Assembly: GCF_030149505.1 (NCBI RefSeq)
Contig: NZ_JASBRN010000072.1
Coordinates: forward strand, 34,482 to 98,481
Length of the DNA stretch: 64,000 nt
Direction of reading: 5' to 3'
Source of the DNA: Nocardioides sp.
GTDB taxonomy: Bacteria > Actinomycetota > Actinomycetes > Propionibacteriales > Nocardioidaceae
Each line of letters starts with the position of its first letter. The stretch's first letter is position 1. A model generated the notes under the pieces. The model saw nothing but the letters and a program-made list of their open reading frames with translations. It made no database searches and had not been told where the DNA came from. Below, in pieces: positions 8,809 to 18,343 of the stretch. Both the position numbers and the translations under genes were made by a program.

Positions 8809-9846
8809 ATGAAGCTGTCGATGCCGCTGGTCTACGCCGGCAACCCGCGCGAGACCGCGGACCAGGTCGCAGGCCTGGAGAAGGCGGGCCTGGACATGAT
8901 CTGGGTCGCCGAGCCGTACGGCTTCGACGCACCGACCCTCATGGGCTACCTCGCGGCCAAGACCGAGACCGTGCAGATCGCCGCCGGCATCCTCAACGTC
9001 TACTCCCGCACCCCCGGCGCCCTGCTGCAGACCGCGGCGGGCCTCGACAACGTCTCCGGCGGTCGTGCCGTGCTCGGCCTCGGCGCCTCCGGCCCGCAGG
9101 TCATCGAGGGCTTCCACGGCATGGCCTACGACCGCCCCCTCACCCGCACCCGCGAGGTGATCGAGGTGCTGCGGATGGGGCTGCGCGGGGAGAAGCTGGA
9201 CTTCCGGGGCAAGACCTTCTCCGTGCCGCTCCCCGAGGGTCAGGGCCTGGGACTGGGCAAGCCGTTGAAGCTGCTCAACAAGCCCGAGCGCGCCGACGTC
9301 CCGATCTGGGTCGCCGCGCTGGGCGACAAGAACGTCGCCATGACCGCGGAGGTCGCCGACGGTTGGCTGCCCTTCCTCTACTACCCCGAGAAGGCCCAGG
9401 AGATCTGGGGCGAGCCGCTGGCCCGCGGTGCCGCGAAGCGCTCCGCCGATCTCGCGCCCTTGGAGATCTGCGCCGGCGGCATGGTCGCGATTGGCGAGGG
9501 CCCGGAGACCAAGGCACTGCTGGACTTCATCCGGCCGATGTACGCGCTGTACGTCGGTGGCATGGGTGCCCGCGACAAGAACTTCTACAACCAGCTCGCC
9601 TGCGAGTACGGCTTCGAGAAGGAGGCCAAGGAGATCCAGGACCTCTACCTCTCGGGCAAGAAGAAGGAGGCCGAGGCCCTGGTGCCGATGGAGTGGCTCG
9701 AGGCCGGCAACCTGGTGGGCCCCGCCTCCTACGTCAAGGAGCGGATCGCCGCCTTCCGCGAGTCGGGCGTGACCAACCTGTCCGTGACCCCGGCCAGCGA
9801 CGACCCGGCCGCCACGATCGCGCAGGTCAAGGAGTGGGTCAGCTGA
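8809..9846 (+). CDS. LLM-class F420-dependent oxidoreductase
   Basis: WVAEPYGFDAPTLMGYLAAKT, GRAVLGLGASGPQVIEGFHG; GGAGG SD; next to npdG and fbiC. Confidence 0.9.
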   Translation: MKLSMPLVYAGNPRETADQVAGLEKAGLDMIWVAEPYGFDAPTLMGYLAAKTETVQIAAGILNVYSRTPGALLQTAAGLDNVSGGRAVLGLGASGPQVIEGFHGMAYDRPLTRTREVIEVLRMGLRGEKLDFRGKTFSVPLPEGQGLGLGKPLKLLNKPERADVPIWVAALGDKNVAMTAEVADGWLPFLYYPEKAQEIWGEPLARGAAKRSADLAPLEICAGGMVAIGEGPETKALLDFIRPMYALYVGGMGARDKNFYNQLACEYGFEKEAKEIQDLYLSGKKKEAEALVPMEWLEAGNLVGPASYVKERIAAFRESGVTNLSVTPASDDPAATIAQVKEWVS

Positions 9847-10207
9847 CCCGCTGCGGGGCCGTCGCCTCCGCGCGGGGCGAAGGCATCCGCACCTGCGAGC
9901 GCACCGCGGGTGCGACCGGCTGGTCGGGCTGCGGCTCGGCCGGCTGCTCGGCCGGCTCCTGCGCCGGCGTACGACGGCCGGTCAGCGCGCCGCGCACCCG
10001 CTGCACCAGCGACCAGGCGCCACTCAGCAGCACCAGCCACGCCGCGATCCCGATCAGGTAGGCCGGGACCACCAGGAGCGGGTGCACCCTCCAGGCCCAG
10101 ACCAGGCCGACGGGGATCGGGCCGAGCACCACGACGGCGGCGAGGAGCACCAGGACGGCGCGCCGCAGGCGCGCCCCGCGCCCCTGACGCTGTGCGGTGT
10201 CGGTCAT
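9839..10207 (-). CDS. Hypothetical two-TM membrane protein with Q/P/A/E-rich tail
   Basis: Two hydrophobic helices then QEPAEQPAEPQPDQP; fills the gap between convergent genes. Confidence 0.6.
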   Translation of the reverse strand: MTDTAQRQGRGARLRRAVLVLLAAVVVLGPIPVGLVWAWRVHPLLVVPAYLIGIAAWLVLLSGAWSLVQRVRGALTGRRTPAQEPAEQPAEPQPDQPVAPAVRSQVRMPSPRAEATAPQRVS

Positions 10208-10502
10208 CGTCTGGCCCCATGTCTTCGTGTCCCGCCGCCGGGACAGGTGCTCACGGTGCCAAACGATCGCGCGAAGGTAAAGACACGGTCCCGCTGTCTG
10301 GTCATGACCTCCAGACCGGGGTGGACAGCGGCACCCCGGGTGGTCCACCCCCGGGACGGCGCCCGGTGACGTGAGCAGGTGCCTTGGCCTCCGGTGCGCG
10401 CGACCCGGGTCGCGTCGAGGTCGCGTTGAGGTCGCGTTGAGCAGGTGTCTTGGCGGTCGGGCCCCTCCGTTGATGCTGGGGTGCCATCGTTAGCCTGTGC
10501 CG

Positions 10503-13028
10503 ATGGACGACCAGCCCACCCCGCACCAGGTACGCCGGGCACTGGCCCGCGCCGAGCGGGGCGCCCGGCTCGACGAGGCCGAGGCCACGGCGCTGCTCGC
10601 CGCCACCGGCCCCGACCTCGACCGCCTCTGCGCGGCCGCGGCCCGCGTCCGCGACGCCGGCCTGGTCGCGGCCGGTCGCCCCGCGACGGTGACCTACTCC
10701 CCCAAGGTCTTCATCCCCGTGACCCGGCTGTGCCGGGACCGGTGCCACTACTGCACCTTCGTCGAGACCCCCGCGCAGGCCGCCCGGGAGGGCCGCGCCC
10801 CCTACCTCTCCCCCGACGAGATCCTGGCCATCGCCTCCCAGGGCGCGGCCATGGGCTGCCTCGAGGCGCTCTTCACCCTCGGCGACCGGCCCGAGGACCG
10901 CTGGCCCGAGGCGCAGGCCTGGCTCGACGAGCAGGGCTACGACTCCACCCTGGCCTACGTCCGCGCCATGGCGGTGCGGGTGCTGGAGAAGACCGGGCTG
11001 CTGCCGCACCTCAACCCCGGCGTCATGTCGTGGGAGGAGATGAACCGGCTCAAGCCCGTCTCCCCCTCCATGGGGATGATGCTCGAGACCACCTCGCGGC
11101 GGCTCTTCGAGGAGAAGGGGCAGGCTCACTTCGGCTCCCCCGACAAGGACCCCGCGGTGCGGCTGCGGGTGCTCGAGGACGCCGGTCGGCTCTCCATCCC
11201 CTTCACCACCGGGCTGCTCGTCGGCATCGGGGAGACCCTGGCCGAGCGCGCCGAGACGATCTTCGCGCTGCGCGCGACCCTGACCGCCTACGGCGCCGTC
11301 CAGGAGGTCATCGTCCAGAACTTCCGCGCCAAGCCCGACACCGCGATGCGGCACACCGACGACCTCGACCTCGATGAGTACCGCGCCGCGATCGCCGTCA
11401 CCCGACTCGTCCTGGGCCCCCGGGCCCGGGTGCAGGCACCCCCCAACCTGGTCGACCTCGAGGAGTGCCGCACCCTGCTCGAGGCCGGCGTCGACGACTG
11501 GGGCGGGGTGTCGCCGCTGACCCCCGACCACGTCAACCCCGAGCGCCCCTGGCCCTCGCTCGAACGGCTGCGCGCCGTCACCGCCGAGTGCGGCTTCGAG
11601 CTGGCCGCACGGCTCACGGTGCACCCCGAGCAGGTCCGCGCCTCGCTGGCCGGCGACGCCGCCTGGATCGACCCGCGCGTGCGCGGCCACGTCGCGGCGC
11701 TGGCCACGCCCGAGGGGCTCGCGCGCCCCGGCGTACGGCCCGTGGGGCTGCCGTGGCAGGAGCCCGACGGCGGGCTGGAGTCGGCCGGGCGCACCGACCT
11801 CTTCGAGGCGGTCGACACCGAGGGGCGCTCGGCGGACCGGCGCTCGGACTTCGCCGAGGTGTACGGCGACTGGGAGACCGTCGGCGCGGCCGCTGCGCGC
11901 ACGGGTGCTCCCGCGGTGCTGCACAGCGAGGGCCGCGAGGCCCTGGCCGCAGCCGAGGCCGACCCCGGCAACCTGTCCGACGAGCACGCGCTGACCCTCA
12001 TGACCGCCGAGGGACCCCTGCTGGAGCAGGTGTGCCGGCTCGCCGACGACCTGCGTCGCGAGGTCGTCGGCGACGAGGTCACCTACGTCGTCAACCGGAA
12101 CATCAACTTCACCAACGTCTGCTACGTCGGGTGCCGCTTCTGCGCCTTCGCACAGCGCAGGACCGACGCCGACGCCTACTCCCTGTCGGTCGACGAGGTC
12201 GCCGACCGCGCCGCGGAGGCCTGGGACCTGGGCGCGACCGAGGTCTGCATGCAGGGCGGCATCGACCCGGACCTCCCGGCGTCGGCGTACTTCGACCTGG
12301 CCGCGGCGGTGAGGCGGCGGGTGCCCGACATGCACGTGCACGCCTTCTCCCCGATGGAGGTCGTCAACGGCACGGCCCGCACGGGGCTCTCGGTCGAGGA
12401 CTTCCTCATCAAGGCCCGTGAGTCCGGGCTCGGGTCGCTGCCCGGCACGGCCGCGGAGATCCTCGACGACGAGGTGCGCTGGGTGCTGACGAAGGGCAAG
12501 CTGCCGGCGCGCACCTGGATCGACATCGTCTCCACCGCGCACCGGGTCGGGCTGCCGACCACCTCGACGATGATGTTCGGCCACGTCGACAACCCGCGGC
12601 ACTGGGTCGGGCACCTGCGGGTGCTGACGCGGATGCAGGACGCCGCCCTCGAGCACGGCGCCGCCCGGTTCACCGAGTTCGTGCCGTTGCCCTTCGTGCA
12701 CACCTCGGCGCCCATCTACCTCGCCGGTGTCGCCCGTCCCGGTCCGACGCTGCGCGACAACCTCGCGGTGCACGCGATGGCACGCATCCTGCTGCACGGG
12801 CGGATCGACAACATCCAGACGTCGTGGGTCAAGCTCGGCGTGGAGGGCACCCGCGCGATGCTGCGCGCCGGTGCCAACGACCTCGGGGGCACGCTGATGG
12901 AGGAGACCATCTCCCGGATGGCCGGCTCCGAGCACGGCTCGGCCAAGACCGTCGAGGAACTGGTCGAGATCGGTGCCGGCATCGGCCGCCCGGTCCGCGA
13001 GCGCACCACCCTGTACGCCGCCCGCTGA
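10503..13028 (+). CDS. fbiC: Bifunctional FO synthase (CofG+CofH), F420 biosynthesis
   Basis: Two radical-SAM motifs CRDRCHYC and CYVGCRFC; [11 protein letters not shown] and [10 protein letters not shown]; TAGCCT -10 six nt upstream. Confidence 0.97.
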   Translation: MDDQPTPHQVRRALARAERGARLDEAEATALLAATGPDLDRLCAAAARVRDAGLVAAGRPATVTYSPKVFIPVTRLCRDRCHYCTFVETPAQAAREGRAPYLSPDEILAIASQGAAMGCLEALFTLGDRPEDRWPEAQAWLDEQGYDSTLAYVRAMAVRVLEKTGLLPHLNPGVMSWEEMNRLKPVSPSMGMMLETTSRRLFEEKGQAHFGSPDKDPAVRLRVLEDAGRLSIPFTTGLLVGIGETLAERAETIFALRATLTAYGAVQEVIVQNFRAKPDTAMRHTDDLDLDEYRAAIAVTRLVLGPRARVQAPPNLVDLEECRTLLEAGVDDWGGVSPLTPDHVNPERPWPSLERLRAVTAECGFELAARLTVHPEQVRASLAGDAAWIDPRVRGHVAALATPEGLARPGVRPVGLPWQEPDGGLESAGRTDLFEAVDTEGRSADRRSDFAEVYGDWETVGAAAARTGAPAVLHSEGREALAAAEADPGNLSDEHALTLMTAEGPLLEQVCRLADDLRREVVGDEVTYVVNRNINFTNVCYVGCRFCAFAQRRTDADAYSLSVDEVADRAAEAWDLGATEVCMQGGIDPDLPASAYFDLAAAVRRRVPDMHVHAFSPMEVVNGTARTGLSVEDFLIKARESGLGSLPGTAAEILDDEVRWVLTKGKLPARTWIDIVSTAHRVGLPTTSTMMFGHVDNPRHWVGHLRVLTRMQDAALEHGAARFTEFVPLPFVHTSAPIYLAGVARPGPTLRDNLAVHAMARILLHGRIDNIQTSWVKLGVEGTRAMLRAGANDLGGTLMEETISRMAGSEHGSAKTVEELVEIGAGIGRPVRERTTLYAAR

Positions 13029-13032
13029 CCCC

Positions 13033-13142
13033 CCGCCGAGCCGTCACCTCTGAACCGCCGAACCGTCACTTCTGAACCCTCGAGCCGTCAGCTCCTGGTG
13101 CGGAACTGACGGCTCGGGGGTTCATTCCTGACGGTTCGGCGG
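13033..13142. repeat. REP-like element of 22-nt units (3 direct + 2 inverted)
   Basis: CCGCCGAGCCGTCACCTCTGAA / CCGCCGAACCGTCACTTCTGAA / CCCTCGAGCCGTCAG then two inverted copies; long hairpin between convergent genes; second copy at 40156-40274. Confidence 0.75.
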
Positions 13143-13144
13143 TC

Positions 13145-14407
13145 CTAGCCCCGGCCGGAGGACGACCTGGCCTTGCGGGAGACCGAGTCGATGGCGACCG
13201 CGAGGAGCAGCACCAGGCCGGTGACGATGAAGCGGACCGAGGAGTCCACGTTCATCAGGTTCAGCCCCGACTGGATCGACTGCAGCACCACGATGCCCAG
13301 CAGGGCCGCCCATGCCGAGCCCCGGCCGCCGAAGAGGCTGGTGCCCCCGATGACGGCCGCCGCGATGGCGGTGAGGTTGGTGTCGGTGGTGCCCGAGCTC
13401 TGCGAGACCGAGGTCAGCTGGCCGGCGATGAGGATGCCGCCCAGTGCCGCGAAGGTCGAGCAGAGCGCGAAGACCGAGACGTAGATCCCGCGCACGTTGA
13501 TGCCGGCGCGGCGTGCGGCCTCCTCGTTGCCACCGACGGCGAAGACGTGCCGTCCCCAGCGTGTGCGGCGCAGCGCCAGGTCCATCACCACGACGAGCGC
13601 GGCGAAGAGGACGAAGAGGTAGCCCCAGCCGCGGTCGATGCCGAGGTAGTAGGTCAACCAACCCAGACCCACCAGCAGCAGCCCGCCCTTGACCAGGACC
13701 ACGGTGAGCGACGGCGGCGTCAGCCCCGCGGCCCGCCGACGGCGGATCGTGAGCAGGTTGACCGCGACGTACGCCGCCACGACCAGCGCGAGGAGCGCGT
13801 AGGCCTGGACGTCGCTGAGGAACTTCTCCCGCGCGAAGGAGCGGAGCGCGGAGTCCTGCGGGAGCACCACGGTGCCCTTGTCACCCAGGACGTAGAGCAG
13901 CGCGCCCTGGAACGCCAGCAGCCCGGCCAGGGAGAAGACGAAGCTCGGCACGCCGATCTTCGTGTAGAGCAGGGAGTAGAGCAGCCCCACGGCGGTGCCG
14001 ACGAGGATACCCACGGCCATCGCCCCGACCAGGCCCCACCCACGGGAGTCCATGAGGACCGCCATCGAGGCGGCCGCGAACCCTGACACCGAGCCGACGG
14101 ACAGGTCGATCTCGCCGAGCAGCAGCACGAGCACGATGCCCAGGGAGATCACCCCGACCGGTGCCGCGAACTGCAGCATCGTGACGAGGTTCTTCGAGGA
14201 CAGGAACGTCGGCTCGTTGAGCTGGAACACGAGCGCGATGACGACCAGGCCGATGATGACCGGGATCATCCCGAGCTCACCGCCACGCAGCCGCACCACG
14301 AAGGCCGAGACCGCGCCGGAGAGTCCCTGGTTGCTGATCAGCCGCTCGTCGGCGGCGTCGGCCGCGAGGGCCGAGGCGGTCGCGTCCTGCAGGACCTGCT
14401 CACTCAT
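13145..14407 (-). CDS. Monosaccharide ABC transporter permease (XylH-like)
   Basis: GEIDLSVGS, GRHVFAVGGNEEAARRAGI, IAAAVIGGTSLFGGRG. Confidence 0.93.
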   Translation of the reverse strand: MSEQVLQDATASALAADAADERLISNQGLSGAVSAFVVRLRGGELGMIPVIIGLVVIALVFQLNEPTFLSSKNLVTMLQFAAPVGVISLGIVLVLLLGEIDLSVGSVSGFAAASMAVLMDSRGWGLVGAMAVGILVGTAVGLLYSLLYTKIGVPSFVFSLAGLLAFQGALLYVLGDKGTVVLPQDSALRSFAREKFLSDVQAYALLALVVAAYVAVNLLTIRRRRAAGLTPPSLTVVLVKGGLLLVGLGWLTYYLGIDRGWGYLFVLFAALVVVMDLALRRTRWGRHVFAVGGNEEAARRAGINVRGIYVSVFALCSTFAALGGILIAGQLTSVSQSSGTTDTNLTAIAAAVIGGTSLFGGRGSAWAALLGIVVLQSIQSGLNLMNVDSSVRFIVTGLVLLLAVAIDSVSRKARSSSGRG

Positions 14408-15209
14408 GTGTCTCTCCCCTGCGCTCGGAGGTCTTCTGGGCGCGAGCGGTCACGACGTTGTCCGAGGCGCCGGTGATGGCGGCGACGAGCTCGGCCGTGC
14501 TGGTCTGCGAGGTGACGAACTCGGCAGCGTTGCGCCCCAGCCGCAGCACGACGATGCGGTCGGAGACCGCCTGGACGTCGGCCATGTTGTGGCTGATCAG
14601 GATGACGCCGAGCCCCTGCTCGCGCAGCCGCTCGACGAGGTTGAGCACCTCGGCGGTCTGGGCCACGCCCAGGGCCGCGGTCGGCTCGTCGAGCATGACC
14701 ACCTTGGGGTTGCCCACCAGCGACCGGGCGATCGCCACGGTCTGCCGCTGGCCGCCGGAGAGGCCGGCGATGGGGATGCGCACCGAGGGGATCTTGGCCG
14801 AGAGGGTGCGCAGCAGTCGCCACGCTTCCCTCTCCATGCCGATCTCGTCGATGAACGCCCCCCGCCGCCACTCCTGCCCGAGGAAGAGGTTCGCGACGAC
14901 GTCGAGGTTGTCGCAGAGCGCGAGGTCCTGGAAGACCGTCGCGATGCCGAGGGCCTGCGCGTCGCTGGGGCCGCCGACGCTGATCCGGCGACCGGCGAAG
15001 GTGATCGCGCCGTCGTCGGGCTGGTAGACGCCCGAGATGACCTTGACCAGGGTCGACTTGCCGGCACCGTTGTCGCCCACCAGGGCGACGACCTCGCCGG
15101 CACCGACCTCCAGGGAGACGTTGGAGAGGGCCTGCACGGCCCCGAACCTCTTGTTGATGCCGGTCAGGGAGAGCACGCTCTCCCTGACCGGCGTCGCCAC
15201 GGTGCTCAT
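14400..15209 (-). CDS. Monosaccharide ABC transporter ATP-binding protein (single domain)
   Basis: GDNGAGKST, LSGGQRQ, VMLDEPT, ISH. Confidence 0.95.
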   Translation of the reverse strand: MSTVATPVRESVLSLTGINKRFGAVQALSNVSLEVGAGEVVALVGDNGAGKSTLVKVISGVYQPDDGAITFAGRRISVGGPSDAQALGIATVFQDLALCDNLDVVANLFLGQEWRRGAFIDEIGMEREAWRLLRTLSAKIPSVRIPIAGLSGGQRQTVAIARSLVGNPKVVMLDEPTAALGVAQTAEVLNLVERLREQGLGVILISHNMADVQAVSDRIVVLRLGRNAAEFVTSQTSTAELVAAITGASDNVVTARAQKTSERRGETHE

Positions 15210-16309
15210 CAGGAGATGCCTGCCGCCTCGCAGTCGTCGGCGTAGTCGCCGGTGCAGATGTCCGAGGCGTCGTAGAACCCGTCGGCGATGACGGTGTCGG
15301 CGACGTTCTCGGCGGTCACGATGATCGGGTCGAAGATGAACGACGCGACGCCCTCGTACTCGGTCTGGTCGACACCCGTCTCGGTGGTGTCGGGCACGTC
15401 CTCGCCGTTGGCGAGGTAGACCGCGACCTCAGCGGCCGTCTCGGCCTCGATCGGGATCGGCTTGTAGATCGTCATGGCCTGCTCACCGGCGAGGATGCGC
15501 TGGATCGCGGCGATCTCGGCGTCCTGGCCGGTGATCGGGGGCAGCGCGTCGAGCGCCACGCCCGAGCCGGTCAGCGCGGCGACGACGCCGCCGGCCTGGC
15601 CGTCGTTGGCGGCGTAGACGCCGTTGATCTCCGAGGCGTCGTACTTGCTCAGCTGGTCGGTGGTCCACTGCTGGGCGTTCTCCGGGGACCAGTCGGGGTT
15701 GTCGTACTCCTCGAGGATCGTCAGCCCGGACTCGTCGATCACCGAGTGGGCACCGGCCTTGAACTGGGCGGCGTTGGGGTCGCTGGGCGCGCCGTTGAGC
15801 ATGAGGATGTTGCCCTCGTCGCCCATCGCCTCGACCAGGGCCTCGCCCTGCAGCTGGCCGACGGTCTCGTTGTCGAACGACATGTAGTAGTCGGCACCGG
15901 CGATGAAGCGGTCGTAGGCGATGACCGGGACGTCCTGGCCCTGGGCCTCGGAGACCATGCCGGTGGCGCCGGCGCCGTTGACCGGGTCGAGCACGAGCAC
16001 GTCGGCACCGGCGTTGAGCGCGGTGGTGACCTGCTGCTGCTGCTTGGCCTCGTCCTGGTCGGCGTTGTAGTAGTCGACGGTGCAGTCGTCGCACAGCTCG
16101 GCGACGGCAGCCTCGAAGAGGGGCTTGTCGAAGGCTTCGTAGCGGGTGGTCTTCGACTCTGGGAGCAGCAGCGCGATGGTCGCGCCGCCCTCGGCGGAGT
16201 CGCCGGATCCCGAGTCGGCGGCCTCGTTGGCGCCGCAGGCGGTGAGGGCCAGGCCCCCGATGAGGATCGACGCCGAGAACGTGGCGACGCGGTGCAGGTG
16301 GAGCGACAC
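15209..16309 (-). CDS. Monosaccharide ABC substrate-binding lipoprotein (XylF-like)
   Basis: Lipobox LTAC, VIAYDR, SFDNETVG, NDG.AGG, TGQDA; start set at GTG 16309 after GGAGAAGG. Confidence 0.92.
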   Translation of the reverse strand: MSLHLHRVATFSASILIGGLALTACGANEAADSGSGDSAEGGATIALLLPESKTTRYEAFDKPLFEAAVAELCDDCTVDYYNADQDEAKQQQQVTTALNAGADVLVLDPVNGAGATGMVSEAQGQDVPVIAYDRFIAGADYYMSFDNETVGQLQGEALVEAMGDEGNILMLNGAPSDPNAAQFKAGAHSVIDESGLTILEEYDNPDWSPENAQQWTTDQLSKYDASEINGVYAANDGQAGGVVAALTGSGVALDALPPITGQDAEIAAIQRILAGEQAMTIYKPIPIEAETAAEVAVYLANGEDVPDTTETGVDQTEYEGVASFIFDPIIVTAENVADTVIADGFYDASDICTGDYADDCEAAGIS

Positions 16310-16388
16310 GGACCTTCTCCTTCGTGACGGCCAGGTGGCCATGAGTGACGAGTGAAGTGAACGCCGCCACATTCTTGTCGTCAAGACC

Positions 16389-16435
16389 TGAAGACAAACT
16401 TTCTTTGCGCGTAAGCGTTACCGCTTTTGTCTTCA
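16389..16435. promoter_or_regulatory. Operator region between divergent sugar ABC operon and ROK regulator
   Basis: AT-rich; TGAAGACAAA (16389-98) / TTTGTCTTCA (16426-35) inverted repeat enclosing GTAAGCGTTAC. Confidence 0.55.
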
Positions 16436-16449
16436 TAACTTAGACACAA

Positions 16450-17703
16450 GTGCTTGACCCGACGCGAGAGGCGCGTCACAGTTCCGCCATGCCCTCCGCT
16501 CCGGTCCGGCCCGCCCCGGGCTCGCCGTCCTCGCTGCGCGACGCCAACCAACGCCGCGTCCTGGACCTGCTGCGCACCCGCGCTGAGGCCGAGCAGGCGA
16601 CCGGGGGCTCCCCCGCCGCGCCGGGCGGCACCATGCCCGCCGCCTTCACGCAGGCCGAGCTCGCCCGCGCGACCGGCCTGGCTCCCGCGACGGTCTCCAA
16701 CATCGTCCGCGACCTCAGCGCGGCGGGCTTGGTGGAGGTGCTGCCCGGCAGCGGCCGGCGCGGCTCCTCGGTCCGGCTGGCCAGCCGGGCGGCGTACGTC
16801 GTGGGCATCGACTTCGGGCACAGCCACGTCGCCGTGGCGGTCGGCGACCTGCTCGGCGAGCCGCTGCGCGAGGAGCGGGTGGCGCTGGCCGAGGACCTGC
16901 CGCACGACCAAGCGCTGGCCACGGCCCAGTCGCTGCTCGACACCATGCTGGCCGACCTGCCGCCGGCGCCCGCGCTGCACCTGGTCCTCGGGCTGCCCGC
17001 ACCGATCACCGACGACGCCGTGGGCTCGCCCGCGATCTTCCCCGGCTGGGAGGGCGTGGACGCCCGGGAGGTTGCCGAGGCGGCGCTCGATCTCCCAGTG
17101 ACGGTCGAGAACGACGCCAACCTCGGCGCCCTGGCCGAGCACCGCACAGGCGCTGCGCGCGGCAACGACAGCTGCGTCTACGTCAAGATCTCCTCCGGCG
17201 TCGGCGCCGGGGTGATCCTCGGCTCGGAAATCTTCCGCGGGGCCGCGGGCTTCGCCGGCGAGATCGGCCACCTCACGCTCGACGACCAGGGCCCGATGTG
17301 TCGCTGCGGGAGCCGTGGCTGCCTGGAGGCCTACGCCTCCATCGGCGCCATCCTGGCCCTGATGTCCGGCCAGCAGCCGGGCGCCGTCCTCGACGACATC
17401 ATCGCGGCCGCCGACGAGGGCTCCTCGGCCGCGCGTCGCACCTTCGAGGACGCCGGCCTGCATCTCGGGTGGGGACTCGCGAGCATCGTCAACCTGCTCA
17501 ACCCGCACGTGCTGGTCATCGGCGGCGACCTGGCCCGGGCCGGTGACCTGTTGCTGGAGCCGGCCCGCGTGGGGCTGCGCCGGCACACCCTCGACGCGGT
17601 CTCGGCCACCCCGGTGCGCCGCAGCGCACACGGCGGTCGCGCGAGCCTCCTCGGGGCGCTGCTGCTGGCCGCGGAGTCCACCGACCTGCTCGCCCAGCAC
17701 TGA
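16450..17703 (+). CDS. ROK-family transcriptional regulator
   Basis: N-terminal HTH (TQAELARATGLAPATVSNIV), VENDANLGALAE, GEIGH, CRCGSRGCLE; alternative start 16489. Confidence 0.93.
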   Translation: MLDPTREARHSSAMPSAPVRPAPGSPSSLRDANQRRVLDLLRTRAEAEQATGGSPAAPGGTMPAAFTQAELARATGLAPATVSNIVRDLSAAGLVEVLPGSGRRGSSVRLASRAAYVVGIDFGHSHVAVAVGDLLGEPLREERVALAEDLPHDQALATAQSLLDTMLADLPPAPALHLVLGLPAPITDDAVGSPAIFPGWEGVDAREVAEAALDLPVTVENDANLGALAEHRTGAARGNDSCVYVKISSGVGAGVILGSEIFRGAAGFAGEIGHLTLDDQGPMCRCGSRGCLEAYASIGAILALMSGQQPGAVLDDIIAAADEGSSAARRTFEDAGLHLGWGLASIVNLLNPHVLVIGGDLARAGDLLLEPARVGLRRHTLDAVSATPVRRSAHGGRASLLGALLLAAESTDLLAQH

Positions 17704-17783
17704 CCCACACCGAGAGACGTCTCACCCGCTAGCCCCCTGACAGGGTGGGTCGAGCCGTCCCGCCCTCTGCCTACGGTGGCGCC

Positions 17784-18269
17784 ATGAGCCAGAGCGAGCC
17801 CAGCGACCTCGACCCCACGACCGCCGCGGAGTCCTACCACGACTACAGCGTCGACGACGAGGACCAGCCCGTCGGCCTCGACAACCTCACCGACGTCGAC
17901 GGCGACGTGGAGGACGAGCTCGACCGCGGCTACTCCCCGCCGGAGAAGTACTCCCCCGCCCAGGGCTTCGGCAACACGCCGTACGAGGAGGCCGTCGGGG
18001 AGTCCCTGGACCAGCGGATCGCCCAGGAGGAGCCCGAGCCGGACCCCTACGTCGAGGCGGCCCAGCGCGAGGCGGCCGAGGCCCTCGACGACGGCGAGGT
18101 CGGCGCCGAGCGTGCCGGTCGCCTGGTCGATCCCGACATGGGCTCGGGCGAGGACCTGGAGAAGGACCTGGTGGGCACCGACGTCGGCATCGACGGTGCC
18201 GCCGCGTCTGCTGAGGAGGCCGCCGTCCACGTCGTCCCCGACGACACCGACCCGACCTCGCTCGGCTGA
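17784..18269 (+). CDS. DUF5709-domain acidic protein
   Basis: LDRGYSPPE, GESLDQRIAQEEP, RAGRLV.PD.G, GAAASAEEAAVHVV. Confidence 0.8.
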   Translation: MSQSEPSDLDPTTAAESYHDYSVDDEDQPVGLDNLTDVDGDVEDELDRGYSPPEKYSPAQGFGNTPYEEAVGESLDQRIAQEEPEPDPYVEAAQREAAEALDDGEVGAERAGRLVDPDMGSGEDLEKDLVGTDVGIDGAAASAEEAAVHVVPDDTDPTSLG

Positions 18270-18307
18270 GCCCCTCGGTCCGACCCGCACGGCCCCGCGC
18301 GCGCCCC

Positions 18308-18321
18308 TAGAACACGTTCTA
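18308..18321. promoter_or_regulatory. KstR-type operator
   Basis: TAGAACACGTTCTA matches TnnAACnnGTTnnA; lies just upstream of TAGTCT -10 (18332-37) and GTG 18344. Confidence 0.7.
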
Positions 18322-18343
18322 GGGGCGCGCGTAGTCTGCGCCC

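Noticed and set aside
5515-9117. 1200-aa minus-strand ORF and similar giants (33543-36695, 10302-12935, 21539-24280, most of 44033-47692)
   Set aside because: Antisense shadows of real genes, expected from GC3 bias; no motifs. Only the 3' part of 44033-47692 (from 46142) is taken as real.
10275-10284. Shared 10-mer AGGTAAAGAC at 10275 and 29386, upstream of two minus-strand genes
   Set aside because: A single non-palindromic 10-mer match with different spacing to the starts; cannot be separated from chance without statistics
10220-10502. Riboswitch controlling fbiC
   Set aside because: TAGCCT six nt before the ATG implies a leaderless mRNA; no known aptamer consensus recognised
13033-13142. 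Tandem 22-nt repeats as a mini CRISPR array
   Set aside because: Units are contiguous with no unique spacers, include inverted copies, and there are no cas genes
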